Shown: in pieces, positions 12,078 to 27,000 of the stretch
Layout: each line of letters opens with the position of its first letter
Position numbering within the stretch: position 1 is the first letter of the stretch
NCBI GenBank assembly: GCA_964016885.1
Contig: CAXHJY010000542.1
Span: 1 to 64,000, forward strand
Origin: Eledone cirrhosa
Taxonomy: Eukaryota
DNA length: 64,000 bases
Reading direction: 5' to 3'
Translations under genes and position numbers: made by a program
The notes under the pieces: model-generated
What the model was told of the DNA's origin: nothing
Seen by the model: only the letters and a program-made list of their open reading frames with translations
Database searches by the model: none

Positions 12078-13047
12078 CATACATACATACATACATACAT
12101 ACATACATACATACATACATACATACATACATACATACAATCATATAGACAGACAGACAGGGAAACATATGCTCGTGTATATATATATACTTTTGGCACA
12201 AGGCCAGCAATTATCTCAGAGTATTACTGGTACTTTATTTTATCGACCCTGTAAGGATGAAAGGCAAAGTTAACCTCGGCGCGGGATTTGAACTCAGACC
12301 ATATAGGGCTGTAACTCTTTGCTGCAAAGCATGGCGTCCGACCCTCTACCGATACTGCCAATCCACCTATAATGCAAAACATGCAGATCCACACATACAA
12401 TAACATCCATACCTAACCCCCCCCCCCCCCCCCCCCCCACACACACACAGACACAGACGCATACAAAGGATTATATATAACTTAGTACTTTATTTTATTG
12501 ACCTCGGCAGAATGAAAGGCAAAAATGACCTCGGCTGGATTTGAACTGAGAACGTAGAAAAGGATAGTAGCGAAATACTACTGTAAGACATGTCGTACCG
12601 CGCGCAATGGACTCATCCACTCCATTGTATGTCTGATAACAAATAATTTATAAGAAGATAAAAACAGCTTATTTTTTTTTGGCATGGACACTATATTAAT
12701 TAATAAACCCCGACCACATACCACTCAATTTCTACTGCTTGTCCACCACCATGATAGTACGTCAATTTGTCTGCCATGACAGTTCGTTGATATTAACATA
12801 TTAATCAAACTTTTGTTTGTTTTTTTTTTTCACTTTTAGATCTATTTGTTTGTTTGCTGTTGTTGTTGTTGTTCTATGCTGTTTTGTCAGTCTTTAATGA
12901 ATTGAACTTTATATGATAAAAAAGAGTCCTTTTCAGTGAAACTCTGATATCCGTTAATGTTACACGTGTCTGTGGAATGCTCAGCCACTTGCACGTTAAT
13001 TTCATGAGCAGGCTGGCTATTCCGTTGATCGAAACAACCGGAGCACC

Positions 13048-13585
13048 CACCGTCGAAACCGATGGAAGCCCATTTCACAAGATGATAGAGGGTGTTGTGA
13101 TTTGTAGGAGCTTTGTCTATTATTTCTACTAGGTTGGGTGACTGCGTCTTTCAGAACACTCACCGTCAGAACCGACGGAAGCCCATCACAAGATGATAGA
13201 GTGTTTTGATTTGAGGGAGCTTTGACTGTTATTTCTAGTAGGTCGGGTGACTGCGTCTTTACAGAAAATTCACTGTAGAAACCGACGGAAGCCCATTTCA
13301 CAAGATGATAGAGGGTGTTGTGATTTGAGGGAGCTTTGACTGTTATTTCTAGTAGGTTGGGTGGCTGCGTCTTTATCGAAACCCACGGAAGCCCATTTCA
13401 TATGACAGAGTGTGTTATTTAAGGACTCACCGTCGAAACCGACGAAAGCTCATTGCAGAAGATGATAGAAGGTGTTGTGCTTTGAGGGAGCTTTGATTGT
13501 TGTTTCAAGTAGATCAGGCGCCGGAGTAAAGGCTTCTAATGTCGGCACATCTCCATAGAAGGTTCCTTGTAGAAACCGACGTAGG
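13048..13585. repeat. degenerate tandem repeat, ~110-bp unit, 4-5 copies
   Basis: Recurrent gaaaccgacggaagcccatttcacaagatgatagagggtgttgtgatttgagggagctttg. Confidence 0.8.
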
Positions 13586-14115
13586 TCCGTTCCACGAACA
13601 TTAAACGACAACGCGCCTCTGCGTGTCCAAAGCTCCTCAACAGATAAGACCTTTCTCTAATCCAGCTGTCCATTGAAGCTCTGTAATCATCGATGAGTGA
13701 TCAACGAAGAAGATGAAGCGAAGAAACAGTGTTAGATGTCCACTAAGCTGGTGTTCGATCTTTAATCTTATTGATTGGTTTAGCTTAATGATACGTGATA
13801 TGTCAACGTTGGGTTTGTCTTTCAAAGCTTCGAGTATATTAACGTCGCCATTTTACCAAATTAAAATGTGTTAATAATGAGGAGATAGAGCTAAATGAAA
13901 TAGAATTGGCGACGACGACAGTGTTGTTGTTGTTGTTGGTGTTGGTGGTAGTGGTAGTAGTGGTGGTGGGGATGATTGTGGCGGTGTGTAGAGGGCCGTA
14001 GGGGTGTTGATAATTAAAATTGTGTCTGTGCAAAATGGCTGCCATAAAGTTAAACATTATTACTGACAACACAGTCATCTCTACCATTAACACATCCTTA
14101 TCCACAGCAACCACC

Positions 14116-14228
<113 letters not shown>

Positions 14229-14266
14229 CACCACCACCACCACTACTACTACTACTATTAATACAA

Positions 14267-14567
14267 TTTGACAGGGTCGTTAGAAGGTCGGATATATTGC
14301 TTTGTGGTATTTGTTCTGGCTGTCAACTCTCAGAGTTCAAATCCCACCAACTTTACCTTTCATCCTTTCGAAGTCGATAAAAAAATATACCAGTTTAGTA
14401 CTGGGGTCGATTCTTCCTTTATATCTCTTTCTCACTTCCATTCTTTGGAACAAACCTGCTGTATTCCAACTTGGAGAGGAGATGGACCCCAACAGGTTTT
14501 TTTTAAAAGATCCCAAGAACGCAGTATGTCAGTACGGCGCCTCTACGATTCCTTCAGGAGTTATGGG

Positions 14568-14568
<1 letters not shown>
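14267..14568 (+). mobile_element. SINE family 2
   Basis: Near-identical to the 41509 copy, including the upstream ctattaatacaat. Confidence 0.75.
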
Positions 14569-14647
<79 letters not shown>

Positions 14648-15059
14648 CTCTTCCTCTTTATATATATATATATATATTGATCTCCATTCTCTCGGTTACT
14701 TACTTACTTACATGTACCATTGTCCGTGTTCTCTCTTCTATCGGTATATTTACTTATTTTTTCCCTTTTTTCTTCTCCTTTTTTTTTCATTTTTTTCTTC
14801 TCTCTTTCTTCTCTCTTTCTTCTCTCTTTCTTCTCTCTTTCTTCTCTCTTTCTTCTTTCCTTTCTCTCCATCGTGGCCTTTTGATAGATAAAAGGCTATG
14901 GACGCACTACGGATAGATGTATAGTTTATAATTCGCCGAAACATCCGTGATCCGTAGTAAACTACTGACGAAGGGACACTGTCCATCTCTTGTTTGGGTT
15001 TCCTTACCTTCTAACACTCGTTATCAGTAACCACACAGCCCCTCCTCTCAATCCATAAT

Positions 15060-15091
<32 letters not shown>

Positions 15092-15743
15092 TAAAGGCTA
15101 AGTGGTGAGGCCTTGTTACTCTGGAGTTTCATCACTTTGCCTTTTAATGAATATTTAAACTCTACGTAGTTATTGAGTACTTTTATAAATATATACATTA
15201 ACATATACAGGGAGTTGAACCTGGTTCATTCACTACATACTCATCACATCGTAGATTGACCTAAATATTTCACATCAAATATTATAGTTTAGAGAAGATA
15301 TGAAAATGTAATTTGAAAAAAAAAAAAAAAAAAAAGACATGAATAAAAATGTAAAAAAATACGAGATATTAAGAATAGAACGAGGCAAATTATCAGGTTG
15401 GACTGATGATTTAAAACATCATGGATGGCGGAGAGGAAATAGAGCTGGAATTGAATTTGAATATGAATGATGAGTCATTGATTAGGTATGGACATAAATG
15501 AGGGTTAAAATGTGTGAAATTAGGATAGTGATTGAATAATTTGACAAAAATAAATCAAAATTTAATTCTCGACTCCATTTAGATAACAAAAGGCGTTACA
15601 ACATTAGTTTTGAAAATGTTCGGCAGTTAGTTCCGGTAGAATACAATTGAAAATATAACAACGTAACAAGACAACGTAGGAGGGTGTACGTCGTTACTGA
15701 ACGGATGAGGGGGGGAAAGGGCGGCTACAAGAAACAAGTAAAG

Positions 15744-16028
15744 GACCTATAACTCCTTGTGGAGTTGTAGAGGCGCCGTCCTACGGCGTGTCTAGGGCAC
15801 TTTTAAACCTGGCGGAGCCCAACCTTCTCTAGGTGTGAACACACCCGACTTTTTCTATAGAGGAAGAATCGACTCCAGTACTGGACTGGTACTTTTTTTA
15901 TCGACCTCGAAAGGATGAAAGGCAAAGTTGACCTCGGCGGGATTTGAACTGAGAGCGCGCGACAAGGTGAGACGAATACCGTAAAGCATTCTATCCGACG
16001 TCTTAACGACTCTGCCATTTCGTCGCCC
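15744..16028 (-). mobile_element. SINE family 2
   Basis: Reverse complement of head and central domain. Confidence 0.75.
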
Positions 16029-16225
16029 TATAAGAAACTAGTAACATCAACCAAATCTTCAAATTACAGTCTGCCTTAAAAATGTAAGTTAATAATAATA
16101 AAAGGAGTTTGACTGTCTCGGGCCCGGAGAGTCACCAGGCCGCTACTTATTTCGGTGTCTGTGATGTGAACTGACTGAAAATACAAGACTTACCCCTGGA
16201 CATGGTGCCAGTCTATCACAGCGTT

Positions 16226-16430
16226 AAAGTCTGTCTCGAACCCTAAGGTTCACCAGGCCGGTGCTCATCCTGATTTCCGCGGAGTTAAAGATTGAGAGGA
16301 TAAGTCTGCCTCCTGGACAGGACGCCAGTCCATCGCAGGGTTAAACCGCTTGCTATTGTTGGCACTCATTTTTAGCTGACTATACTGGAACAACGTGAAA
16401 TGAAATGTTTTGCCCCAGAACACAACACAC
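16226..16430 (-). mobile_element. SINE family 3 (related to family 1)
   Basis: ggacgccagtccatcgcagggtt motif; homologous to 30432-30578. Confidence 0.6.
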
Positions 16431-16579
16431 AACCCAGTCCAGAAAGCAATAACAATAGCAACAACGACACTAACAACAACGCCATCACCACCACCAACAA
16501 CAACAACAACAACAAAACAACAACAAAATAACAACGCCACCACCACCAACAACAACAAAACAACGACAAAACGACAACA

Positions 16580-17550
16580 AAACACCACCACCACCACCAC
16601 CACCAATACCACCACCAATACTATCACCACCACCACCACCACCAATACCACCACCAACGCCACCACCACCACCACCACCACCAATACCACCACCAACACC
16701 ACCACCACCACCAATACCACCACCAACACCACCACCACCACCAATACCACCACCAACACCACCACCACCACCACCACCACCACCAATACCACCACCAACA
16801 CCACCACCACCACCACCACCACCACCAACACCGCCACCACCACCAATACCACCACCAACACCACCACCACCACCACCACCACTACCACCATCACCACCAC
16901 CACCACCACCACCAATACCACCACCAACACCACCACCAACACCAATACCACCACCAACACCACCACCACCACCACCACCACCACCACTACCACCAACACC
17001 AACACCACCACCACCACCACCAACACCACCACCACCACCACCAATACCACCACTACCAACACCACTACCAACACCACCACCACCACCACCACCACCACCA
17101 ATACCACCAACACCACCACCACCACCACCAACGCCACCACCACCAACACCACCACCACCACCAACACCACCACCACCACCACCAATACCACCACCACCAC
17201 CACCAACACCACCACCACCACCACCAACACCACCACCACCACCACCACCACCACCACCACCACCAATACCACCACTACCAACACCACCACCAATACCACC
17301 ACCAACACCACCACCACCACCACCACCACCACCACTACCACCATCACCACCACCACCACCACCACCAATACCACCACCACCACCAACACCACCACCAACA
17401 CCAATACCACCACCAACACCACCACCACCACCACCACCACCACCACTACCACCAACACCAACACCACCACCACCAACACCACCACCACCACCACCAATAC
17501 CACCACTACCAACACCACTACCAACACCACTACCAACACCAACAACAACA
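16580..17550. repeat. compound (ACC/AAC/AAT)n trinucleotide repeat
   Basis: Direct inspection. Confidence 0.95.
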
Positions 17551-17864
17551 ATAGCAACACATTATTTGAAACAATGGCTTTCCAGATATCTTCTTGTAAA
17601 GTATCTACCAAGCATAAACAATATCTTCCACAACAGAAGCCACCAATCCATTCAACAATGGAAATTCTTAGTTGTTTTATACTTGTCCGGCTTTTCCACC
17701 ATTTTCTTCCCAATTTCTGATTCTTTACATCCGCTTTTCTTTCTCAATATTCTATCTCTCTCTCACTGTCTGCCTGCCCATCTGTCTGTCTGTCTGTCTG
17801 CCGGCCCATCTGTCTGTCTGTCTCTATGTCTCTCTGTCTGTCTATCCATCTATTTGTTTGTCTG

Positions 17865-19550
17865 ATAAAAGATCAAGGGAGCACCCACTCTCTGTTCTCC
17901 TGAGGAGAAGGGTTGCACACTTTTTTCGGGGACGTGTGCGACCCCCCAAGGCGCCTCCTCCCTATTGAGGATTTTGTTATAAAATTTATTTTGTTATGTT
18001 GTATTTTATTTTTACATCTTGTTATTGCCTCCTCCTTATTGAGGACGCCTTTTTATGTAAACTCCCCCCATTGTACTTGTCCCACTTTTTGATACCCTGG
18101 TGGCAAATAAAAAGAAAATTATCTATTTGTTTGTCTAACTGTGTCTGGCTGTCTATCTATCTATTTTTTTTTCAAAGACCGAGAAAACTGGGCGCCTGGC
18201 ACACTGAGTGTGCCCAGGCGCTCACCGCCCTCTGGCAGGCGGATCCGGTTATCAGTGGAGACTCCACCGCAACATTCTATAGAGGGCTGGTACGCAGCAG
18301 GTGCGACGACGCCCTCGGAGAAGCCCTAGACATGGAGGAGGACGAACTGGCCAGCCTGTTCGGTAGGACATTCAGCCCGGGACCTATGGACAACTTCCAG
18401 AAGTCCCTGGCCTGGCAGTGCTACCGAGGGGCTTTACCCGTTCGAGAAAGGCTCTACAGACACGGGCGCCCGGGTAGGGACCCCGCCAAAAAGATCTGTC
18501 CCAGATGCGTGTGCGACGAGGAAACCGTTGCACACGCATTAGTACACTGCTCGGGCGTAGCCGATCTGTGGGGCTATGTCGAACAACTGCTGTCAAGGGT
18601 GGGACCGATCCGGTTGACCACCGAGTCTATTGTAATGATCAAGCCGCCTCCCCCCTTCAAAGATGAAGCAGAGGTGGTGTTTCTGTGCGTAATAGCCATG
18701 GCGAAAGAGGTTGTATGGTGGACGCGTCTGAAAGGACTGAGGTCGGGCACCTTTCTCTCTGGCCAACAACTGGTCCGTTTCTTCCGATATCATTTTGGAA
18801 GAAGGATCAGGATGGAGAGAGAGGTGCTGCACCCCAGCCGTTTCTATGAAAGATGGGTGAAAGTGGCGAGATGGCCCGTGTGAATGGGCCTTCACTCTAC
18901 ATCAGACTATAGGTGAGGAAGATGAAAGACCAAGGGAGCACCCCTTCTCTGTGCTCCTGAGGAGAAGGGTTGCACACTTTTTTCGGGGGTGTGTGCGACC
19001 ACCCAAGGCGCCTCCTCTCTATTGAGGATTTTGTTAAAAATTTTATTTTTTGTTATATCTTATTTTATTTTTATATTTTGTTATTGCCTCCTCCTTATTG
19101 AGGACGCCTTTTTGTGTAAACTCCCCCCTTTGTACTTGTCCCACTTTTGATGCCCTAGTGGCAAATAAAAGAAATATATCTATTTTTTTTCCTTTTTTCA
19201 AATACCACTTTAGAAGAGAGAGAGGTGCTGTACCCCAGCAAGTTTTATGAAAGGTGGGTGAAAGTGGCGAGAATGGCCCGAGTGAATGGGCCTTCTCTCT
19301 ATATCAGCCTGTAGGTTGAGGAAAAAGAGGAAGAGAGGAAAAGGGTACTCACTCTTCGTACTCCTGGAGATGAGGGTTGCACATTTTTTCGGGGGTATGT
19401 GTTACCCATATGAACTGTCTCCCCCTATTGGGGAAAATCGATTAATTTTTAAATTGCATTTGTGATAATATTTTACACGTTTTTATTGTATGTAAACTTC
19501 CCCCTTTTGTATTGTCCCCTTCTTTTGTGCCCCTGTGGCTAATAAAGAAA
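17865..19550 (+). mobile_element. three head-to-tail 5'-truncated Tx1/L1-like LINE 3' ends
   Basis: 3' UTR repeated at ~17865-18118, ~18884-19175 and ~19310-19550, each ending AATAAA(A)GAAA followed by TCTA-type repeats. Confidence 0.75.
18175..18883 (+). pseudogene. C-terminus of Tx1/L1-clade ORF2 (zf-RVT zinc-binding region)
   Basis: LAWQCYRGALPVRERL...CPRCVCDEETVAHALVHC...LW motif; no upstream RT. Confidence 0.8.
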
Positions 19551-19551
19551 C

Positions 19552-19591
<40 letters not shown>

Positions 19592-19684
19592 AAATCAGTT
19601 TTTCTATTTATCTGTCTGTTTGTCTGTCTGTCTATCTACCCTATCTATCTACCTACCTACCTACATATCTGTCTATCTATCGAA

Positions 19685-19758
<74 letters not shown>

Positions 19759-21437
19759 ATCTATCTATCTATCTATCTATATCCTGCCTGTCTGTCTGTC
19801 TGTCTGTCTGTCTGCCTGTCTGTCTGTCTGTCTACCCACCTATCCACCTACCCACCTACCTAGCTACCTACCTACCTACCTACCCACCCACCTACCTACC
19901 TACCTATTACCTACCTACCTACCCACCTACCCACCTACCTACCTACCTACCTACCTACCTACCTACCTACCTACCTACCCACCTACCCACCTACCTACCT
20001 ATCTATCTATCTACCTCTATCTCTCTATCCATCTTCCTGAATATCTATCTCCGTGTCTCTTGTTTTTGTCCCTTAACTGTAAGAAGCATTACATACCTCT
20101 CCTACTCTCACACCTTACTAGCTCTCTACGGACGTTTATATTGATTAAATAAATACATAACAAATAAATAGATAGCTAGATACGTAGTCGAAACGCTTCA
20201 TTGAGTACAGGACAACGGATACCAGTCTAATTGCACGGTCCAGTGAAATGAGGAGCTAACCGTTAGAACTGGTTCATACAGTGTACTGGCTTTCTGGCAC
20301 TCAGTCAATAGCTCGATATAAGATAATAAAAAAAAAGACTAGGTCAAGTGAGACTGATACACACATATACATAGACATATATATACATAAACATATATAG
20401 ACATATATATACATAGACATATATACATAGATACATAGACATATATATACATATATACATATATACATATATACATATACATAGACATATATACATAGAC
20501 ATATATATACATAGACATATATATACATATATACATATATACATATATACATAGACATATATATATACATAGACATATACATAGACATATACATACATAG
20601 TCATATATATACATAGACATAAATACATAGACATATATATACATAGACATATATATACATATATACATATATACATATATACATATATACATATACATAT
20701 ATATACATAGACATATACATAGACATATACATACATAGACATATACATAGACATATATATACATAGACATATATATACATAGACATATATATACATATAT
20801 ACATATATACATATACATAGACATATATATACATATATACATAGATACATATATACATAGATACATATATACATATACATATATATACATAGACATATAC
20901 ATAGACATATACATACATAGACATAAATACATAGACATATACATATACATACATAGACATATACACATACATAGACATATACATACATAGACATATATAT
21001 ATACATAGACATATATACACATACATACACATATACATACATAGACATATATATACATAGACATATATACACATACATAGACATATATATACATATACAT
21101 AGACATATATATAGACATATATATACATATATACATAGACATATATACATAGACATATATATACATAGACATATATATACATATACATATATAAATATAC
21201 ATAGACATATACATACATAGACATATATATACATATACATATATATACATAGACATATATATACATAGACATATATATACATAAAAATACGTATTTAAGA
21301 AAGCCACAACAATGCAAAGGGAAATCTCGAGGTAGGAAGTGAAATATAGATAGGAAAAACAGGTGAAAGTGAAAGTTGAGAGAGACAAAGATGAAAACAA
21401 AACAAAGGTAGAAGGGTTACCGTAGTAGAGATTTTAA

Positions 21438-21473
21438 TCCCAATATTTCGGGCTCACGCCCATCAACGGGGGA
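21438..21473 (-). ncRNA. variant minimal hammerhead-like motif in the Penelope 3' UTR
   Basis: tccc-CCGTTGA-t-gggc-gtga-gccc-GAAA-ta-TT-ggga; stems intact, core deviates at U4 and A6. Confidence 0.5.
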
Positions 21474-22081
21474 AAAGTTCCAAAAGGGGGGAAAACAGGC
21501 CAAGCGGAGAAAGTGTTGTTGTCGTTAAGACAGGAATGCCGTTATGGGGAGAAAAATATTTAAAATTTAAACGAGGGAGAGAATGCGCGTGCGCGTGATA
21601 AGCTGTGGCAAAAGCTACTGACCAAATGGGTTAAATCAAGAGGGTGCGTTAGCGTGTGAAAGCCTTAAGATATGTGTATGTAAATATATATGTGTGTGTG
21701 ACTGTGTGTGTATAGGTGTAAGTGTGTATATGTGTGAGTGTGTGTGTGTGTGAAAGATAGTGGGCTGTAGAAGTTAGAAATCAAAGGGTGTGAAAGGTGG
21801 TAGGTTGTAAAATATGTGTGCGTGTATAAATATAGAAGTGTGTGTGTGTAAGCGTATGGGTATACATGTGTGTGTGTAACTGTGTATGTATATGTGTGAG
21901 TGCGTTTGTGTGTGAAAGATAGTGGGCTGTAGAAGCTGGAAATCAAAGGGTGTGAAAGGTGGTAGGTTGTAAAAACATGTGTGCGTGTAAAATATAGAAG
22001 TGTGTGTGCATGCGTATGGGTAAGCATATACGTGCGTGTGTGTGAATATAACAGGCCGTAGGCTGTGAGTGGTCAATATGG

Positions 22082-22664
22082 TTAAATTAGCCATGTCAGC
22101 TCATTTCTCTCAGCCCGGTTGTTAAGTGGGGGTCTGAGGTTCTTAATAACAAGTGCTTCCTTTATCCTTAAGGATCCGATGTTGCGTTCAGTCGCTAGGA
22201 CTGTGACCAAGGGTCTACCCTGTGGGTTTCCGCATTTGAGGATATGTTTACGGAAGGAAGATGCGTTGGTGTTGATATGTTCCTTGATACGAACATGTAG
22301 GGGTCGGATGGTGCTACCTATGTAAAACTTGTTACATTTATCGCATTGAATCTTATATACGACATAGGTGCGTAGGCAATCTGCCCCCCGTATCGGGCAG
22401 TTGCTGAGGGAACAAGTCCTATCTGCCTCGTAGGGTTTGTTGGAGAGGCATCTTCGCAGCGAAGGTCCTGTGTGGGCCAAATGTATGTCAAGTCCCTCCG
22501 TACGTATGGCCCTGCGGATGGCGTTCGTGGTACATTCACTCAGGTGGGGGATTTTAAAGAAGCACCTGCTAAAATTAAGTTTTCTAGTGGGTGTCGGTCT
22601 ACTGGGTCTGGGGTCTCTAATTCCGTTAATCAGTCGCTTGGGATAACCATTAGATCTGAGTAGA
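22082..22664 (-). pseudogene. Penelope RT thumb/linker plus GIY-YIG endonuclease (open frame, N-terminally truncated)
   Basis: LRSNGYP...C-SLSNCP..C...VVYKIQCDKCNKFYIGSTIRPLHVRIKEH...LRIKEALVIK...PPLN. Confidence 0.9.
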
Positions 22665-24812
22665 GACATATACATAGACATATACATACATAGACATATA
22701 CATAGACATATATATACATAGACATATATATACATAGACATATATATACATAGACATATATACATAGACATAGACATATATATATATACATAGACATATA
22801 TAGACATATATATACATAGACATATATATACATATACATATATACACATACATAGACATATACATACATACATAGACATATATATACATAGACATATATA
22901 CATATACATAGACATATACATACATAGACATATATACATATACATAGACATATACATACATAGACATATATATACATAGACATATATATACATAGACATA
23001 TACATACATAGACATATATATACATACATACATATATATACATATATACATATACATATATATACATAGACATATACATAGACATATACATACATAGACA
23101 TATACATAGACATATATATACATAGACATATATATACATAGACATATATATACATAGACATATATACATAGACATAGACATATATATACATAGACATATA
23201 TACATATACATAGACATATATATACATAGACATATATACATATACATATACATATACATAGACATATATATACATAGACATATACATACATATACATACA
23301 TAGACATATATATACATAGACATATATACACATACATAGACATATACATACATAGACATATATATACATAGACATATATACATATAAATAGACATATACA
23401 TACATAGACATATATATACATAGACATATACATACATAGACATATATATACATAGACATATAGACACATACATAGACATATATACATACATAGACATATA
23501 TATACATATACATATATACATAGACATATACATACATAGACATATATATATATAGACATATATATACATAGACATATCTATACATAGACATATATATATA
23601 GACATATATACATATACATAGACATACATAGACATATACATAGACATACATAGACATATATATACATACACACATATACATAGACATATATATACATAGA
23701 CATATATATACATACATAGACATATATATACATACAGAGACATATATATACATAGACATATACATACATATACATAGACATACATAGACATATATATACA
23801 TGGACATAGACATATACATATACATATATATACATACATAGACATATATACATATACATATATACATATACATATATACATATACATAGACATATACATA
23901 CATAGACATATATACACATACATAGACATATACATACATAAACATATATATACATACAGAGACATATATATATATACATAGACAGATAACCACATACGTA
24001 GACATATATATACATAGACATATATACACACATACATAGACAGATACGCACATAGACATATACACACATACATAGACATATATATACATAGACATATACA
24101 TACAGAGACATACATATACATACATAGACATATATACACACATACATAGACATATATACACAAACATAGACACACAAACATAGATATACATACATAGACA
24201 TACACTTACACAGTTATAGCCATACACATACACATAAACATAGATATGCATACACGCACACAAAAACAAACACACACACACACAAAATCGCAGACACACG
24301 CTCACATACACACACACATACACACACCGACACAGACTCACACACAAAAACAAACACACACACACACACACAATCACATACACACACACACACACAATCA
24401 CAGACACACGCTCACATACACACACACATACACACACCGACACAGACACACACACAAAAACAAACAAACACAGACACACACACACAAAAACAAACACACA
24501 CACACACACACAATCACAGACACACACACACACAATCACAGACATACGCTCACATACACACACACATACACACACCGACACAGACACACACACAAAAACA
24601 AACAAACACAGACACACACACACAAAAACAAACACACACACACACACACAATCACAGACACACACTCACACACACAGACACACACACACACATACACACA
24701 CAGACACACGCACAAAATCAGACGTCCCCTCTCCCCCCCATTCTGTCATCCTGGCGTCTACAGAATTTGTTAATGTTTATAACATCAGTAACATCAAGGA
24801 AGCCTCATTTAT

Positions 24813-24905
<93 letters not shown>

Positions 24906-25060
24906 GGTTGCTTGTCTGTCTAGTAATCTACACTCACACATTCATATATATATATACATATATATATAAACATACTTTTAAACAAACAAGTTCATTGATC
25001 AAGTATATTCTACTAAAACCAACCTTGGATTGACCAATAAGCAGCAGTAACTCGTTGTGA

Positions 25061-25129
<69 letters not shown>

Positions 25130-25131
<2 letters not shown>

Positions 25132-25443
25132 AAAGTTATATTTAAATTGTTGGGTTAACAACGAGTAAATATTTATAACTGATATAAAAGCACTCAACAA
25201 GTATTTGGAGTATATTTATGATATTAAATAAATGGAAACTATATTTATAAAACCATATTTATTTCGTTATATATATTTCAGGGATATCATATTAACAATA
25301 TGTTATGCCTTCTTCAGACAAAATACAATATATTAATAGATTTGGCAAATCAACCTCCCAAATGCAAGGTGATTGAAAGGTATGTCGTATCTATTTATTT
25401 ATTTATAAGACTGTTTATATTGTATTTTGTCTGAAGAAGGCAT

Positions 25444-25447
<4 letters not shown>
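25130..25447 (-). mobile_element. family A HHR element with short inverted copy
   Basis: Near-identical to 43825-44030; both ends in (TA)n. Confidence 0.75.
25260..25325 (-). ncRNA. type I hammerhead ribozyme (family A)
   Basis: tattttgt-CTGAAGA-aggcataacatat..atatgatatccct-GAAA-tatata-TA-acgaaata. Confidence 0.75.
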
Positions 25448-25481
<34 letters not shown>

Positions 25482-25575
25482 CATTTTGCCGTTCATCCTT
25501 ACGGGGTCGATAAAATAAAGTACCAGTAATGCACTGGGTAATTGCTGGCCTTGTGCCTAAAGTAGAAACAATTAT

Positions 25576-25625
<50 letters not shown>

Positions 25626-25756
25626 TGTAAAATAACGATTGCGGCGACAAGCGGTTTCGGTTTTTGTGATTTTACATATCTCTATACCCTCTCTGCATCT
25701 CCTCTTGTATTAAGTACTCCCACAATTAGATGTCTCCTCGCTCTCAACCCCCACAG

Positions 25757-25811
<55 letters not shown>

Positions 25812-25812
<1 letters not shown>

Positions 25813-27000
25813 CCTAGGGCGGGTAAAATTCCCGAAATCCATGGACGAGTTCTCTCCAGCGATCTCTGTCCCTCATTATCGCTGCCATGTCCTGCGTCTC
25901 CCAGAGACCAGTGTCTGTACTTAGGGCATCAACATATGTCAATCACGGTCTCCCTCATCCACTGTGTCCGTGCAGGGGCTCCCACAGGAGCACTGAGTGC
26001 AGTGTCAACTCTGGATGTCGTTGAGCATGTCCAGCCAACCCCAGTCTCCTCTGTGTCACTTTTGAGCCGACCTTTGGGAGGCTCCCATACAGCTCTGAGT
26101 TTTTCATCCTCAGTGTATACTGATTAATGTTCAGAGCCATCCTCAGCATTCTCGTGTAGCACCCATGCACCATCTGAGTGAGTTTCTTGGTCAGTGTCCA
26201 AGTCTCAGACCCGTACAGCAGCACAGACTCCACTGCAGCAACGAAGAGACGGATCTTCAGGTCGTTACGAAGGTCCGACTTCCACACCAATCTCAAACTG
26301 TGGCTCAGGCTTTGCTGTTTCTCTCAATCACATCATCCTCTGTGTTTCCAATCTTTGCTCCCAGATACAGGAAGTCCTCAACCAATTCTACCGGCTTCCC
26401 GCCTACATTCATAATCTTCTCTGGCTTCTTGATATTCTGTACCAGATACTTCGTCTTAATCTCATTCATTCTCAGCCCCACACTCATCGACACAGTCTCC
26501 ACCTCTTGCATCAACACCTGCGCCTCCTTCATTGTGTTTGTCACCAGAACTATGTCTTCAGCAAATTCAGCATCTCATCTTTTTCGCCTTAACTATCCTG
26601 CTCTGAGGCAGTGCTACAGTAAAGCCAGAGTCCTGGTGTTTCTCCAGCGCAAGGCGCATACACTAGTCCACTGCGATGATAAAAAAGTAGTGAGCCAATG
26701 TATCTCCCTGGAGCACTCCAGCCAATATCTCAAAGAACTCTGTCATCCCGTCAGGTGTAATGACTTGGGCTTTGGTGTTGATGTAGAGCAGTGATATCAG
26801 GTCCACTATCTTCTTGGGGATTCCATAAGCCTGTAAGATCTTCATCAGGCAGTGACGGTCCACAGAATCAAAGGCCTTCCTAAAGTCAATGAAAATCATG
26901 ACAGCAGGAAGGCTCTATCTCCATCTAATATCCCCCTCAGCATCTGGAATTGACTGGTGGTTGATCTTCCATCTCTGAAGCCGTTCTGGTTGTCCCTGAG
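25812..27000 (-). pseudogene. degenerate RTE-clade LINE reverse transcriptase
   Basis: QNGFRDGRST, FIDFRKAFDSV, GVLQGDTLA, FLYLG, VESVLLYGSETWTL motifs across frameshifts; 3' end abuts (CA)n. Confidence 0.9.

Larger units (their letters stand above)
21285..22664 (-). mobile_element. 5'-truncated Penelope-like retroelement
   Basis: GIY-YIG ORF end plus ~800-bp 3' UTR/pLTR containing an HHR-like motif. Confidence 0.85.
20355..24200. repeat. complex GACATATA(TA)nCATA satellite, interrupted by a Penelope element
   Basis: The same unit lies on both sides of 21285-22664. Confidence 0.9.

Noticed and set aside
14960-15030. CTGACGA box near (TA)n
   Set aside because: No matching GAAA or stem III; at best a heavily decayed relic.
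16265-17720. Poly-Thr/Asn (mucin-like) and poly-Val ORFs
   Set aside because: (ACC)n microsatellite; the starts lie inside a SINE.
22665-24205. N-terminal part of the 707-aa ORF
   Set aside because: Satellite read-through; only 22082-22664 is real Penelope coding sequence.
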